Shown here: piece by piece, positions 1 to 15,149 of the stretch
Numbering within the stretch: the stretch's first letter is position 1
Layout of the letters: each line of letters opens with the position of its first letter
NCBI GenBank assembly: GCA_964016885.1
Contig: OZ024752.1
Span: forward strand, 49,910,001-49,974,000
Reading direction: 5' to 3'
From: Eledone cirrhosa
Taxonomy: Eukaryota
DNA: 64,000 nt
Program-made: the position numbers and the translations under genes
Notes under the pieces: generated by a model
Database searches by the model: none
Told to the model about the DNA's origin: nothing
Seen by the model: the letters and a program-made list of their open reading frames with translations, nothing else

Positions 1-3000
1 TAAAGATACTGGAGATGACCTGAAGATACAGTAAAGACACTGGAGATGACCTGAAGATACAGTAAAGACACTGGAGATGACCTGAAGATACAGTAAAGAC
101 ACTAGAGATGACCTGAAGATACAGTAAAGACACTAGAGATGACCTGAAGATACAGTAAAGATACTGGAGATGACCTGAAGATACAGTAAAGACACTAGAG
201 ATGACCTGAAGATACAGTAAAGACACTAGAGATGACCTGAAGATACAGTAAAGACACTGGACATGACCTGAAGATACAGTAAAGACACTGGACATGACCT
301 GAAGATACAGTAAAGACACTGGACATGACCTGAAGATACAGTAAAGACACTGGACATGACCTGAAGATACAGTAAAGACACTGGACATGACCTGAAGATA
401 CAGTAAAGATACTGGAGATGACCTGAAGATACAGTAAAGACACTGGACATGACCTGAAGATACAGTAAAGACACTGGAGATGACCTGAAGATTCAGTAAA
501 GACACTGGACATGACCTGAAGATACAGTAAAGACACTGGACATGACCTGAAGATACAGTAAAGACACTGGAGATGACCTGAAGATACAGTAAAGACACTG
601 GACATGACCTGAAGATACAGTAAAGACACTGGACATGACCTGAAGATACAGTAAAGACACTGGACATGACCTGAAGATACAGTAAAGATACTGGAGATGA
701 CCTGAAGATACAGTAAAGACACTGGACATGACCTGAAGATACAGTAAAGACACTGGACATGACCTGAAGATACAGTAAAGACACTAGAGATGACCTGAAG
801 ATACAGTAAAGACACTAGAGATGACCTGAAGATACAGTAAAGATACTGGAGATGACCTGAAGATACAGTAAAGACACTAGAGATGACCTGAAGATACAGT
901 AAAGATACTGGACATGACCTGAAGATACAGTAAAGACACTGGAGATGACCTGAAGATACAGTAAAGACACTAGAGATGACCTGAAGATACAGTAAAGATA
1001 CTGGACATGACCTGAAGATACAGTAAAGACACTAGAGATGACCTGAAGATACAGTAAAGACACTAGAGATGACCTGAAGATACAGTAAAGATACTGGAGA
1101 TGACCTGAAGATACAGTAAAGACACTAGAGATGACCTGAAGATACAGTAAAGATACTGGACATGACCTGAAGATACAGTAAAGACACTAGAGATGACCTG
1201 AAGATACAGTAAAGACACTGGAGATGACCTGAAGATACAGTAAAGACACTGGAGATGACCTGAAGATACAGTAAAGATACTGGAGATGACCTGAAGATAC
1301 AGTAAAGACACTAGAGATGACCTGAAGATACAGTAAAGACACTAGAGATGACCTGAAGATACAGTAAAGACACTGGACATGACCTGAAGATACAGTAAAG
1401 ACACTGGAGATGACCTGAAGATACAGTAAAGACACTGGAGATGACCTGAAGATACAGTAAAGACACTAGAGATGACCTGAAGATACAGTAAAGACACTGG
1501 AGATGACCTGAAGATACAGTAAAGACACTGGAGATGACCTGAAGATACAGTAAAGACACTAGAGATGACCTGAAGATACAGTAAAGATACTGGAGATGAC
1601 CTGAAGATACAGTAAAGACACTAGAGATGACCTGAAGATACAGTAAAGATACTGGAGATGACCTGAAGATACAGTAAAGATACTGGAGATGACCTGAAGA
1701 TACAGTAAAGACACTAGAGATGACCTGAAGATACAGTAAAGACACTAGAGATGACCTGAAGATACAGTAAAGACACTGGAGATGACCTGAAGATACAGTA
1801 AAGACACTGGAGATGACCTGAAGATACAGTAAAGACACTGGAGATGACCTGAAGATACAGTAAAGACACTGGAGATGACCTGAAGATACAGTAAAGACAC
1901 TAGAGATGACCTGAAGATACAGTAAAGACACTAGAGATGACCTGAAGATACAGTAAAGATACTGGAGATGACCTGAAGATACAGTAAAGATACTGGAGAT
2001 GACCTGAAGATACAGTAAAGATACTGGAGATGACCTGAAGATACAGTAAAGACACTAGAGATGACCTGAAGATACAGTAAAGACACTAGAGATGACCTGA
2101 AGATACAGTAAAGATACTGGAGATGACCTGAAGATACAGTAAAGATACTGGAGATGACCTGAAGATACAGTAAAGATACTGGAGATGACCTGAAGATACA
2201 GTAAAGACACTAGAGATGACCTGAAGATACAGTAAAGACACTAGAGATGACCTGAAGATACAGTAAAGACACTGGACATGACCTGAAGATACAGTAAAGA
2301 CACTGGACATGACCTGAAGATACAGTAAAGACACTGGACATGACCTGAAGATACAGTAAAGACACTGGACATGACCTGAAGATACAGTAAAGACACTGGA
2401 CATGACCTGAAGATACAGTAAAGATACTGGAGATGACCTGAAGATACAGTAAAGACACTGGACATGACCTGAAGATACAGTAAAGACACTGGAGATGACC
2501 TGAAGATTCAGTAAAGACACTGGACATGACCTGAAGATACAGTAAAGACACTGGACATGACCTGAAGATACAGTAAAGACACTGGAGATGACCTGAAGAT
2601 ACAGTAAAGACACTGGACATGACCTGAAGATACAGTAAAGACACTGGACATGACCTGAAGATACAGTAAAGACACTGGACATGACCTGAAGATACAGTAA
2701 AGATACTGGAGATGACCTGAAGATACAGTAAAGACACTGGACATGACCTGAAGATACAGTAAAGACACTGGACATGACCTGAAGATACAGTAAAGACACT
2801 AGAGATGACCTGAAGATACAGTAAAGACACTAGAGATGACCTGAAGATACAGTAAAGATACTGGAGATGACCTGAAGATACAGTAAAGACACTAGAGATG
2901 ACCTGAAGATACAGTAAAGATACTGGACATGACCTGAAGATACAGTAAAGACACTGGAGATGACCTGAAGATACAGTAAAGACACTAGAGATGACCTGAA

Positions 3001-6000
3001 GATACAGTAAAGATACTGGACATGACCTGAAGATACAGTAAAGACACTAGAGATGACCTGAAGATACAGTAAAGACACTAGAGATGACCTGAAGATACAG
3101 TAAAGATACTGGAGATGACCTGAAGATACAGTAAAGACACTAGAGATGACCTGAAGATACAGTAAAGATACTGGACATGACCTGAAGATACAGTAAAGAC
3201 ACTAGAGATGACCTGAAGATACAGTAAAGACACTGGAGATGACCTGAAGATACAGTAAAGACACTAGAGATGACCTGAAGATACAGTAAAGATACTGGAG
3301 ATGACCTGAAGATACAGTAAAGACACTAGAGATGACCTGAAGATACAGTAAAGACACTAGAGATGACCTGAAGATACAGTAAAGACACTGGACATGACCT
3401 GAAGATACAGTAAAGACACTGGAGATGACCTGAAGATACAGTAAAGACACTGGAGATGACCTGAAGATACAGTAAAGACACTAGAGATGACCTGAAGATA
3501 CAGTAAAGACACTGGAGATGACCTGAAGATACAGTAAAGACACTGGAGATGACCTGAAGATACAGTAAAGACACTAGAGATGACCTGAAGATACAGTAAA
3601 GATACTGGAGATGACCTGAAGATACAGTAAAGACACTAGAGATGACCTGAAGATACAGTAAAGATACTGGAGATGACCTGAAGATACAGTAAAGATACTG
3701 GAGATGACCTGAAGATACAGTAAAGACACTAGAGATGACCTGAAGATACAGTAAAGACACTAGAGATGACCTGAAGATACAGTAAAGACACTGGAGATGA
3801 CCTGAAGATACAGTAAAGACACTGGAGATGACCTGAAGATACAGTAAAGACACTGGAGATGACCTGAAGATACAGTAAAGACACTGGAGATGACCTGAAG
3901 ATACAGTAAAGACACTAGAGATGACCTGAAGATACAGTAAAGACACTAGAGATGACCTGAAGATACAGTAAAGATACTGGAGATGACCTGAAGATACAGT
4001 AAAGATACTGGAGATGACCTGAAGATACAGTAAAGATACTGGAGATGACCTGAAGATACAGTAAAGACACTAGAGATGACCTGAAGATACAGTAAAGACA
4101 CTAGAGATGACCTGAAGATACAGTAAAGATACTGGAGATGACCTGAAGATACAGTAAAGATACTGGAGATGACCTGAAGATACAGTAAAGACACTAGAGA
4201 TGACCTGAAGATACAGTAAAGACACTAGAGATGACCTGAAGATACAGTAAAGACACTGGAGATGACCTGAAGATACAGTAAAGACACTGGAGATGACCTG
4301 AAGATACAGTAAAGACACTAGAGATGACCTGAAGATACAGAAAAGACACTGGAGATGACCTGAAGATACAGTAAAGACACTAGAGATGACCTGAAGATAC
4401 AGTAAAGATACTGGAGATGACCTGAAGATACAGTAAAGACACTAGAGATGACCTGAAGATACAGTAAAGACACTAGAGATGACCTGAAGATACAGTAAAG
4501 ACACTGGAGATGACCTGAAGATACAGTAAAGACACTAGAGATGACCTGAAGATACAGTAAAGACACTAGAGATGACCTGAAGATACAGTAAAGACACTGG
4601 AGATGACCTGAAGATACAGTAAAGACACTGGAGATGACCTGAAGATACAGTAAAGACACTAGAGATGACCTGAAGATACAGTAAAGACACTGGAGATGAC
4701 CTGAAGATACAGTAAAGACACTGGAGATGACCTGAAGATACAGTAAAGACACTAGAGATGACCTGAAGATACAGTAAAGACACTGGAGATGACCTGAAGA
4801 TACAGTAAAGACACTAGAGATGACCTGAAGATACAGTAAAGATACTGGAGATGACCTGAAGATACAGTAAAGACACTAGAGATGACCTGAAGATACAGTA
4901 AAGACACTAGAGATGACCTGAAGATACAGTAAAGATACTGGAGATGACCTGAAGATACAGTAAAGATACTGGAGATGACCTGAAGATACAGTAAAGATAC
5001 TGAGATGACCTGAAGATACAGTAAAGACACTGGACATGACCTGAAGATACAGTAAAGACACTGGAGATGACCTGAAGATACAGTAAAGACACTGGAGATG
5101 ACCTGAAGATACAGTAAAGATACTGGAGATGACCTGAAGATACAGTAAAGACACTAGAGATGACCTGAAGATACAGTAAAGACACTGAGATGACCTGAAG
5201 ATACAGTAAAGACACTGGAGATGACCTGAAGATACAGTAAAGACACTGGAGATGACCTGAAGATACAGTAAAGACACTAGAGATGACCTGAAGCATACAG
5301 TAAAGACACTAGAGATGACCTGAAGATACAGTAAAGACACTAGACATGACCTGAAGATACAGTAAAGATACTGGAGATGACCTGAAGATACAGTAAAGAC
5401 ACTAGAGATGACCTGAAGATACAGTAAAGATACTGGAGATGACCTGAAGATACAGTAAAGATACTGGAGATGACCTGAAGATACAGTAAAGACACTGGAG
5501 ATGACCTGAAGATACAGTAAAGACACTATTAGATGACCTGAAGATACAGTAAAGACACTGGAGATGACCTGAAGATACAGTAAAGACACTGGAGATGACC
5601 TGAAGATACAGTAAAGACACTGGAGATGACCTGAAGATACAGTAAAGACACTGGAGATGACCTGAAGATACAGTAAAGACACTGGAGCATGACCTGAAGA
5701 TACAGTAAAGACACTGGAGATGACCTGAAGATACAGTAAAGACACTAGAGATGACCTGAAGATACAGTAAAGACACTGGACATGACCTGAAGATACAGTA
5801 AAGACACTAGAGATGACCTGAAGATACAGTAAAGACACTGGAGAATGACCTGAAGATACAGTAAAGACACTGGACATGACCTGAAGATACAGTAAAGACA
5901 CTAGAGATGACCTGAAGATACAGTAAAGACACTAGAGATGACCTGAAGATACAGTAAAGACACTGGAGATGACCTGAAGATACAGTAAAGACACTGGAGA

Positions 6001-9000
6001 TGACCTGAAGCATACAGTAAAGACACTAGAGATGACCTGAAGATACAGTAAAGACACTGGACATGACCTGAAGATACAGTAAAGACACTAGAGATGACCT
6101 GAAGATACAGTAAAGACACTGGAGATGACCTGAAGATACAGTAAAGACACTGGACATGACCTGAAGATACAGTAAAGACACTAGAGATGACCTGAAGATA
6201 CAGTAAAGACACTAGAGATGACCTGAAGATACAGTAAAGATACTGGACATGACCTGAAGATACAGTAAAGACACTGGACATGACCTGAAGATACAGTAAA
6301 GATACTGGAGATGACCTGAAGATACAGTAAAGACATGGACATGACCTGAAGATACAGTAAAGACACTGGACATGACCTGAAGATACAGTAAAGACACTAG
6401 AGATGACCTGAAGATACAGTAAAGATACTGGACATGACCTGAAGATACAGTAAAGACACTGGACATGACCTGAAGATACAGTAAAGACACTAGAGATGAC
6501 CTGAAGATACAGTAAAGACACTGGACATGACCTGAAGATACAGTAAAGACACTAGAGATGACCTGAAGATACAGTAAAGACACTGGACGATGACCTGAAG
6601 ATACAGTAAAGACACTGGACATGACCTGAAGATACAGTAAAGACACTGGACATGACCTGAAGATACAGTAAAGACACTGGACATGACCTGAAGATACAGT
6701 AAAGACACTGGACATGACCTGAAGATACAGTAAAGACACTAGAGATGACCTGAAGATACAGTAAAGATACTGGAGATGACCTGAAGATACAGTAAAGACA
6801 CTGGACATGACCTGAAGATACAGTAAAGACACTAGAGATGACCTGAAGATACAGTAAAGACACTAGAGATGACCTGAAGATACAGTAAAGATACTGGAGA
6901 TGACCTGAAGATACAGTAAAGACACTGGAGATGACCTGAAGATACAGTAAAGACACTATAGATGACCTGAAGATACAGTAAAGACACTGGAGATGACCTG
7001 AAGATACAGTAAAGACACTGGAGATGACCTGAAGATACAGTAAAGACACTGGAGCTGACCTGAAGATACAGTAAAGACACTGGAGCTGACCTGAAGATAC
7101 AGTAAAGACACTATAGATGACCTGAAGATACAGTAAAGACACTGGAGATGACCTGAAGATACAGTAAAGACACTGGAGATGACCTGAAGATACAGTAAAG
7201 ACACTAGAGATGACCTGAAGATACAGTAAAGACACTAGAGATGACCTGAAGATACAGTAAAGATACTGGAGATGACCTGAAGTTACAGTAAAGACACTAG
7301 AGATGACCTGAAGATACAGTAAAGACACTGGAGATGACCTGAAGATACAGTAAAGACACTAGAGATGACCTGAAGATACAGTAAAGATACTGGACATGAC
7401 CTGAAGATACAGTAAAGACACTGGAGATGACCTGAAGATACAGTAAAGACACTAGAGATGACCTGAAGATACAGTAAAGACACTAGAGATGACCTGAAGA
7501 TACAGTAAAGACACTGGACATGACCTGAAGATACAGTAAAGACACTGGAGATGACCTGAAGATACAGTAAAGACACTAGAGATGACCTGAAGATACAGTA
7601 AAGACACTGGAGATGACCTGAAGATACAGTAAAGATACTGGACATGACCTGAAGATACAGTAAAGACACTGGACATGACCTGAAGATACAGTAAAGACAC
7701 TAGAGATGACCTGAAGATACAGTAAAGACACTGGAGATGACCTGAAGATACAGTAAAGACACTGGAGATGACCTGAAGATACAGTAAAGACACTAGAGAT
7801 GACCTGAAGATACAGTAAAGACACTGGAGATGACCTGAAGATACAGTAAAGACACTGGAGATGACCTGAAGATACAGTAAAGACACTGGAGATGACCTGA
7901 AGATACAGTAAAGACACTAGAGATGACCTGAAGATACAGTAAAGACACTAGAGATGACCTGAAGATACAGTAAAGACACTGGAGATGACCTGAAGATACA
8001 GTAAAGACACTGGACATGACCTGAAGATACAGTAAAGACACTAGAGATGACCTGAAGATACAGTAAAGACACTAGAGATGACCTGAAGATACAGTAAAGA
8101 CACTAGAGATGACCTGAAGATACAGTAAAGACACTAGAGATGACCTGAAGATACAGTAAAGACACTGGAGATGACCTGAAGATACAGTAAAGACACTGGA
8201 CATGACCTGAAGATACAGTAAAGACACTAGAGATGACCTGAAGATACAGTAAAGACACTGGAGATGACCTGAAGATACAGTAAAGACACTGGAGATGACC
8301 TGAAGATACAGTAAAGACACTGGACATGACCTGAAGATACAGTAAAGACACTATAGATGACCTGAAGATACAGTAAAGACACTGGAGATGACCTGAAGAT
8401 ACAGTAAAGACACTGGAGATGACCTGAAGATACAGTAAAGACACTAGAGATGACCTGAAGATACAGTAAAGACACTGGACATGACCTGAAGATACAGTAA
8501 AGACACTATAGATGACCTGAAGATACAGTAAAGACACTGGACATGACCTGAAGATACAGTAAAGACACTATAGATGACCTGAAGATACAGTAAAGACACT
8601 GGAGATGACCTGAAGATACAGTAAAGACACTAGAGATGACCTGAAGATACAGTAAAGACACTGGAGATGACCTGAAGATACAGTAAAGACACTAGAGATG
8701 ACCTGAAGATACAGTAAAGACACTGGAGATGACCTGAAGATACAGTAAAGACACTGGAGATGACCTGAAGATACAGTAAAGACACTGGACATGACCTGAA
8801 GATACAGTAAAGACACTATAGATGACCTGAAGATACAGTAAAGACACTGGAGATGACCTGAAGATACAGTAAAGACACTGGAGATGACCTGAAGATACAG
8901 TAAAGACACTAGAGATGACCTGAAGATACAGTAAAGACACTGGACATGACCTGAAGATACAGTAAAGACACTATAGATGACCTGAAGATACAGTAAAGAC

Positions 9001-11142
9001 ACTGGACATGACCTGAAGATACAGTAAAGACACTATAGATGACCTGAAGATACAGTAAAGACACTGGAGATGACCTGAAGATACAGTAAAGACACTAGAG
9101 ATGACCTGAAGATACAGTAAAGACACTGGAGATGACCTGAAGATACAGTAAAGACACTGGAGATGACCTGAAGATACAGTAAAGACACTGGAGATGACCT
9201 GAAGATACAGTAAAGACACTAGAGATGACCTGAAGATACAGTAAAGACACTGGACATGACCTGAAGATACAGTAAAGACACTATAGATGACCTGAAGATA
9301 CAGTAAAGACACTGGAGATGACCTGAAGATACAGTAAAGACACTGGACATGACCTGAAGATACAGTAAAGACACTAGAGATGACCTGAAGATACAGTAAA
9401 GACACTGGAGATGACCTGAAGATACAGTAAAGACACTGGAGATGACCTGAAGATACAGTAAAGACACTGGAGATGACCTGAAGATACAGTAAAGACACTG
9501 GAGATGACCTGAAGATACAGTAAAGACACTGGAGATGACCTGAAGATACAGTAAAGACACTGGACATGACCTGAAGATACAGTAAAGACACTGGAGATGA
9601 CCTGAAGATACAGTAAAGACACTAGAGATGACCTGAAGATACAGTAAAGACACTAGAGATGACCTGAAGATACAGTAAAGACACTGGAGATGACCTGAAG
9701 ATACAGTAAAGACACTGGACATGACCTGAAGATACAGTAAAGACACTAGAGATGACCTGAAGATACAGTAAAGACACTAGAGATGACCTGAAGATACAGT
9801 AAAGACACTGGAGATGACCTGAAGATACAGTAAAGACACTGGAGATGACCTGAAGATACAGTAAAGACACTGGAGATGACCTGAAGATACAGTAAAGACA
9901 CTAGAGATGACCTGAAGATACAGTAAAGACACTGGAGATGACCTGAAGATACAGTAAAGACACTGGACATGACCTGAAGATACAGTAAAGACACTGGAGA
10001 TGACCTGAAGATACAGTAAAGACACTGGACATGACCTGAAGATACAGTAAAGACACTAGAGATGACCTGAAGATACAGTAAAGACACTAGAGATGACCTG
10101 AAGATACAGTAAAGACACTGGAGATGACCTGAAGATACAGTAAAGACACTGGAGATGACCTGAAGATACAGTAAAGACACTGGACATGACCTGAAGATAC
10201 AGTAAAGACACTGGAGATGACCTGAAGATACAGTAAAGACACTGGAGATGACCTGAAGATACAGTAAAGACACTAGACATGACCTGAAGATACAGTAAAG
10301 ACACTGGAGATGACCTGAAGATACAGTAAAGACACTGGAGATGACCTGAAGATACAGTAAAGACACTGGACATGACCTGAAGATACAGTAAAGACACTGG
10401 AGATGACCTGAAGATACAGTAAAGACACTAGAGATGACCTGAAGATACAGTAAAGACACTAGAGATGACCTGAAGATACAGTAAAGACACTGGAGATGAC
10501 CTGAAGATACAGTAAAGACACTATAGATGACCTGAAGATACAGTAAAGACACTGGAGATGACCTGAAGATACAGTAAAGACACTGGAGATGACCTGAAGA
10601 TACAGTAAAGACACTAGAGATGACCTGAAGATTCAGTAAAGACACTGGAGATGACCTGAAGATACAGTAAAGACACTGGAGATGACCTGAAGATACAGTA
10701 AAGACACTGGAGATGACCTGAAGATACAGTAAAGACACTGGAGATGACCTGAAGATACAGTAAAGACACTGGAGATGACCTGAAGATACAGTAAAGACAC
10801 TAGAGATGACCTGAAGATTCAGTAAAGACACTGGAGATGACCTGAAGATACAGTAAAGACACTGGAGATGACCTGAAGATACAGTAAAGACACTGGAGAT
10901 GACCTGAAGATACAGTAAAGACACTATAGATGACCTGAAGATACAGTAAAGACACTGGAGATGACCTGAAGATACAGTAAAGACACTGGAGATGACCTGA
11001 AGATACAGTAAAGACACTAGAGATGACCTGAAGATACAGTAAAGACACTGGACATGACCTGAAGATACAGTAAAGACACTGGAGATGACCTGAAGATACA
11101 GTAAAGACACTGGAGATGACCTGAAGATACAGTAAAGACACT
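1..11142. repeat. 31-bp tandem satellite (GGAGATGACCTGAAGATACAGTAAAGACACT), ~360 copies, continues beyond window start
   Basis: Direct 31-nt periodicity; variation mostly at three positions (gaC/Tac, ctG/Ag, gaG/Cat); no unique spacers. Confidence 0.99.
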
Positions 11143-11230
11143 TGTACAAGACACCATACTGAAGAATCGAACCTGAAACTTCCAGATTCTGAAGTGAACT
11201 TCTTAACCATTTGACTACACATGCTTCCAC
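11111..11230 (-). mobile_element. Degenerate tRNA-derived SINE head whose body runs into the 31-bp satellite
   Basis: Minus strand reads GTGTAGTCAAATGGTTAAG (A-box-like) ... GGTTCGATTC (B box) ... GGTGTCTTGTACAAGTGTCTTTACTGTATCTTCAGG; the last part is already the satellite unit. Confidence 0.75.
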
Positions 11231-11359
11231 AAGCAGATCACCCTATTTCTTAATAATATAAATTGTCAATTTTTTAATGCCATTCTTGTACAAGTAACTT
11301 TCCTTTTTCTTGTTTAAGCTATTTATCAGATGCTTATCTGCTGTTAAGTGTCTGTTAAT

Positions 11360-11915
11360 ATATTCAATATAATATTTGTATAATATGTATATTTGTATAA
11401 TATGTATATTTGTATAATATGTATATTTGTATAAAATATATATTTACATAAAATATATATTTGTATAATATATATATTTATATAATATATATATTTATTT
11501 AATATATATATTTATATAAGATATTTATTTATTTAATATATATTTGTATAATATATATATTTATATAATATTTATATTTATTTAATATATATATTTATAT
11601 AATATATTTATTTATTTAATATATATTTGTATAATATATATATTTGTATAATATTTATATTTATTTAATATATATATTTATATAATATATTTATTTATTT
11701 AATATATATTTGTATAAAATATATATATATATATAATATATATATCTATATAATATATATATAATATATATTTAATATATATATTTGTATAATATATATA
11801 TTAATTTAATATATATTTTTTGTATAATATTTATATATATTTGTATAATATATATATTTGTATAGTATATATATTTTTATGATATATATATTTATATAAT
11901 ATCTATATTTGTATA
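11360..11915. repeat. Degenerate AT-rich simple repeat (TATAATATATATATTTG-like)
   Basis: Low-complexity A/T tandem pattern seen directly. Confidence 0.9.
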
Positions 11916-13178
11916 ATGGCTTCGGATTTGATTTAGCAACCAGTTTACACAAGTACAAGTCTATTATTGTCTGCAATTTTTTACTTTGTATTAATTTGTG
12001 TCTTTGTTTCTTTTGCTGTTATTGTTGCTGTTGTTGTTGTTGTTTTCCAGTATTTAGAGAAAGCATGGAACTTCAAATAAAAGCTACACTCAAGAGAAAT
12101 TCTTTCCTGCTGCAGTCGTAAATTGGTTTTAAAGATACAAAAGAAAACCAACCACAAACACATACAAAAACATATACACAAACACATACAAAACACACAC
12201 ACAAACACATGCACAAACATACAAACATATACACATACAAAATTAAATGTAACATTTAAAAAACATATAGAGAAATATCATGGAAATGCTAGTAACAAAT
12301 GTAATACATCTATCTACTTGAAGGAACAAATTGAAGCCAATTTGCCAAACAAACGTACCATAAATTATTAAACTTAATCTCAAATGAATGGAAAAAAAAA
12401 TTGTTGAGAAGGTTAAATTTTACATTATTGTACGCAAGGGAGCTCCATTGATCAACCAGAATATCTTAGACTAATATGTTACATAGATTTTATTAAACCC
12501 TCCTCTATTGAACACAAATAAACATTAGTTCAATTTTATTTTCTTCTTTAAGCTAAGATTGTTTATTTTTGTCGTTTTTATGATGATATATCAGCCATAA
12601 ATATCAGTTTGACCAGCCTAGAGTTTTGTTATTGTTATTATTATTTATTTATTTATCATTTATTGTTGTTGTTGTTGTTGTTAGGCTAGTTTTACTGTTT
12701 TGACAGCAGGCAACCATTCAGAACAAAAGATATGCTTGAAGTGAATGATTAGTTCTTGTCAATGTTTCTTGTTATTTTTTTTTGTTATTTTGTTCGGTTT
12801 CTTTTCTTTTCCTAAGCTAAACACTCATACAAATATAACATTTGGTCTTCAAAGTTCGACGTATTTCTCATTACAAGATATTTGACACACAATTATACAA
12901 TTAACAAAAGGAACAAACAAAAAAATAAAATAAATAAAAATAAAATAAAATATAATAAAAATAAAATAAAATAAATAAAAATAAAATAAAATAAATAAAA
13001 ATAAAATAAAATAAAATAAAAATAAAAACAAGAAACACAAATGATGAATGTGCTCCAGTTAAGTTGAGCGAATGACATCTATGATAAACTCAAGCAGTTT
13101 CGGAGAGGGGGGGGGGGGGATATATATATTGATGAAGATGAAGAGGATAGAGATAATAATAATAATAATAATAATAAT

Positions 13179-13361
13179 AATTGTTTCTACTTTTGGCACA
13201 AGGCCAGCAAATTACCCAGTGCATTACTGGTACTTTATTTTATCGACCCCGTAAGGATGAAAGGCAAAGTTAACTTCGGTGGGATTTGAACTCAGAATGG
13301 CAAGGGCCGTAACTCATGCGTCAAAGCATGGCATCTGACCCTCTACCAATACTGCCAATCC
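13179..13361 (-). mobile_element. tRNA-derived SINE family A with (ATT)n tail
   Basis: Reverse complement has TGGCAGTATTGG A box, GAGTTCAAATCC B box and body CTTTGCCTTTCATCCTTACGGGGTCGATAAAATAAAGTACCAG; about 10 copies in the window. Confidence 0.9.
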
Positions 13362-13639
13362 AAAAATGGGAGTTAAAAAGGATTTGGGACTGTCATGAGA
13401 TCAAGGTCATCCCGATTGTCATAGGAGCAGTAGGTACTATCTCAAAGGGTTTTCAAGGATGGTTAAAGAAGATTAGTCCAGCTCAGCTTTTTGGAACACT
13501 TCAAAAGGCATGCTTGCTGGGAACAGCAACAACCCTCCGAAACGTCCTGAATATCTGAGGTTGCAGGTAGCGGCATGATGTTTCATTTGAACAAACTTTC
13601 CAGTTAAATAACATCAATGACTGAGACTTAAAGAACAAC

Positions 13640-13688
<49 letters not shown>

Positions 13689-13690
13689 GT
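13362..13690 (+). mobile_element. 3' fragment of an R4/Dong-like (RLE) non-LTR retrotransposon with (TAA)n tail
   Basis: Translation WELKRIW...VIPIVIGAVGTISK...LQKACLLGTATTLRNVL* fits the typical RLE C-terminus, followed by a short UTR and (TAA)n. Confidence 0.8.
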
Positions 13691-14073
13691 AATGGTAAGA
13701 CCGATATGTAATGGCACAAAAGTAGAATTTAATATATTTCAGCAAGGAACATCAAATAATTTTTATTACTTTCTTCTAGTATTAAAGCACATTTCAGTGT
13801 CATAGAAATACTTTTGCTTCTTAAATTAATTAACAAATTAAATTACACTTGTTTATTATTGGTACATGTGTAACTATACTCAAATGACTGGTGTGTTAAC
13901 ACCATTGTCAACTAATGACAAAAACAAAAGAAAGTGAGGAACTAGACAGGACAATATTTACATTTAATTAATAATTTATGAGTAGATATATCAAAAGTAC
14001 CAAGGAAAATTAGTGTGGAATTTATATAGAAAGCATACACATTTTTCATAAAGTTACAACAAATTTCAATTAA

Positions 14074-14300
14074 TTAACATTTTAGCATTTAAACGGGCCA
14101 TATTTGGCCAGAATTCTCGCACGTCTTTCTGATCAAACCGGCCATAACAAGCTGCTCATACTAATGTTAAGGTATTGTTCTCAAAATGAATAATATCAAA
14201 TCTCATAGATTAGATATTATGTGAGATATTATGTGAAATAAAGTCTTTACAGTGAAAATATAATAGTATATATAGATTAATGTAAATGCTAGAGGGTTAA
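14074..14300 (+). mobile_element. piggyBac-type MITE family 1
   Basis: TTAA-flanked ends ..TTTAGCATTTA / TAAATGCTAGAGGG-TTAA; homologous copies at 19960-20174, 29165-29392 and 49312-49520. Confidence 0.8.
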
Positions 14301-14559
14301 TGAAGAATTTGAAAGGTTTTACTAAAATTATTAATTATTGAATTACTCAGATATAGAATGATATATGGTTCTTATACAAAATTATATTGTATATTGAAAG
14401 ATATTATAAACCCTTCAAAATAGGGGATTTGGTTTCATAGAACCACAGCCAGTTTTGGCCAGGTTGGGATCAAAATGGGTAATCTATCACCTTTGGGTGC
14501 CTTTAGTAGATCTAACTCTATTGAAAGCATTCACACCAAGACTCTAAACCCTTTGTTTA

Positions 14560-15085
14560 GCATAGTTTCGATAGTTTGATGCCCTTTCTAATGTCAACCA
14601 CTTTACAGAGCATAATTGATGCATTTTATCATTTCTCCAACATGAGGGAGATTGTTATATCTTCAACACGTCTAAAAGATCTTCTCAATCTTTTCTCTTC
14701 CATGGGTTTTATGACTGGATGCCTTTCCTAATACCGACTACTTTACAGGGTGTACTGGGAGCATTTTATTAAGGCACCAACTGTAGAAAGATTGTCATGT
14801 CCTTAATGTAACTGAAAGATCTTCTCAACCCTTTTTTTCAGCATGGTCATTATGGCTGGATACCCTTCTAAACACTTCTACTTTACAGGGTGTACTGGGT
14901 GCATTTTACTATGGCACCAACTGTAGAAAGATTGTCATGTCCTTGATGTACCTGAAAGATCTCCTCAACCCTTTTTATTGGCATGGTTACTATAGCTGGA
15001 TGCCCTTCTAAACACCATCAACTTTACATAATGTACTAATTGTATGTTATCAAGGCACTAGCACTCTAAAGTTTATCACGTCCTT
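14560..15085. repeat. Degenerate ~141-bp tandem repeat (~3.5 copies) derived from a SINE body segment
   Basis: CTGGATGCCCTTC-like motif recurs near 14715, 14856 and 14997; the same motif is present in SINE families B/C. Confidence 0.75.
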
Positions 15086-15149
15086 TGCTTGTTTACCTCT
15101 ATAGCTCCTGCTTCAGCATTTTTGTCTAAGAATATGCCCCCACACCCCC

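Noticed and set aside
1-11142. CRISPR-like array or repeat-protein ORFs (SLLYLQVISSVFTVSSGH...)
   Set aside because: Units are contiguous with no unique spacers and no cas genes; the ORFs arise because the 31-mer lacks stops on one strand and cycles through all frames.
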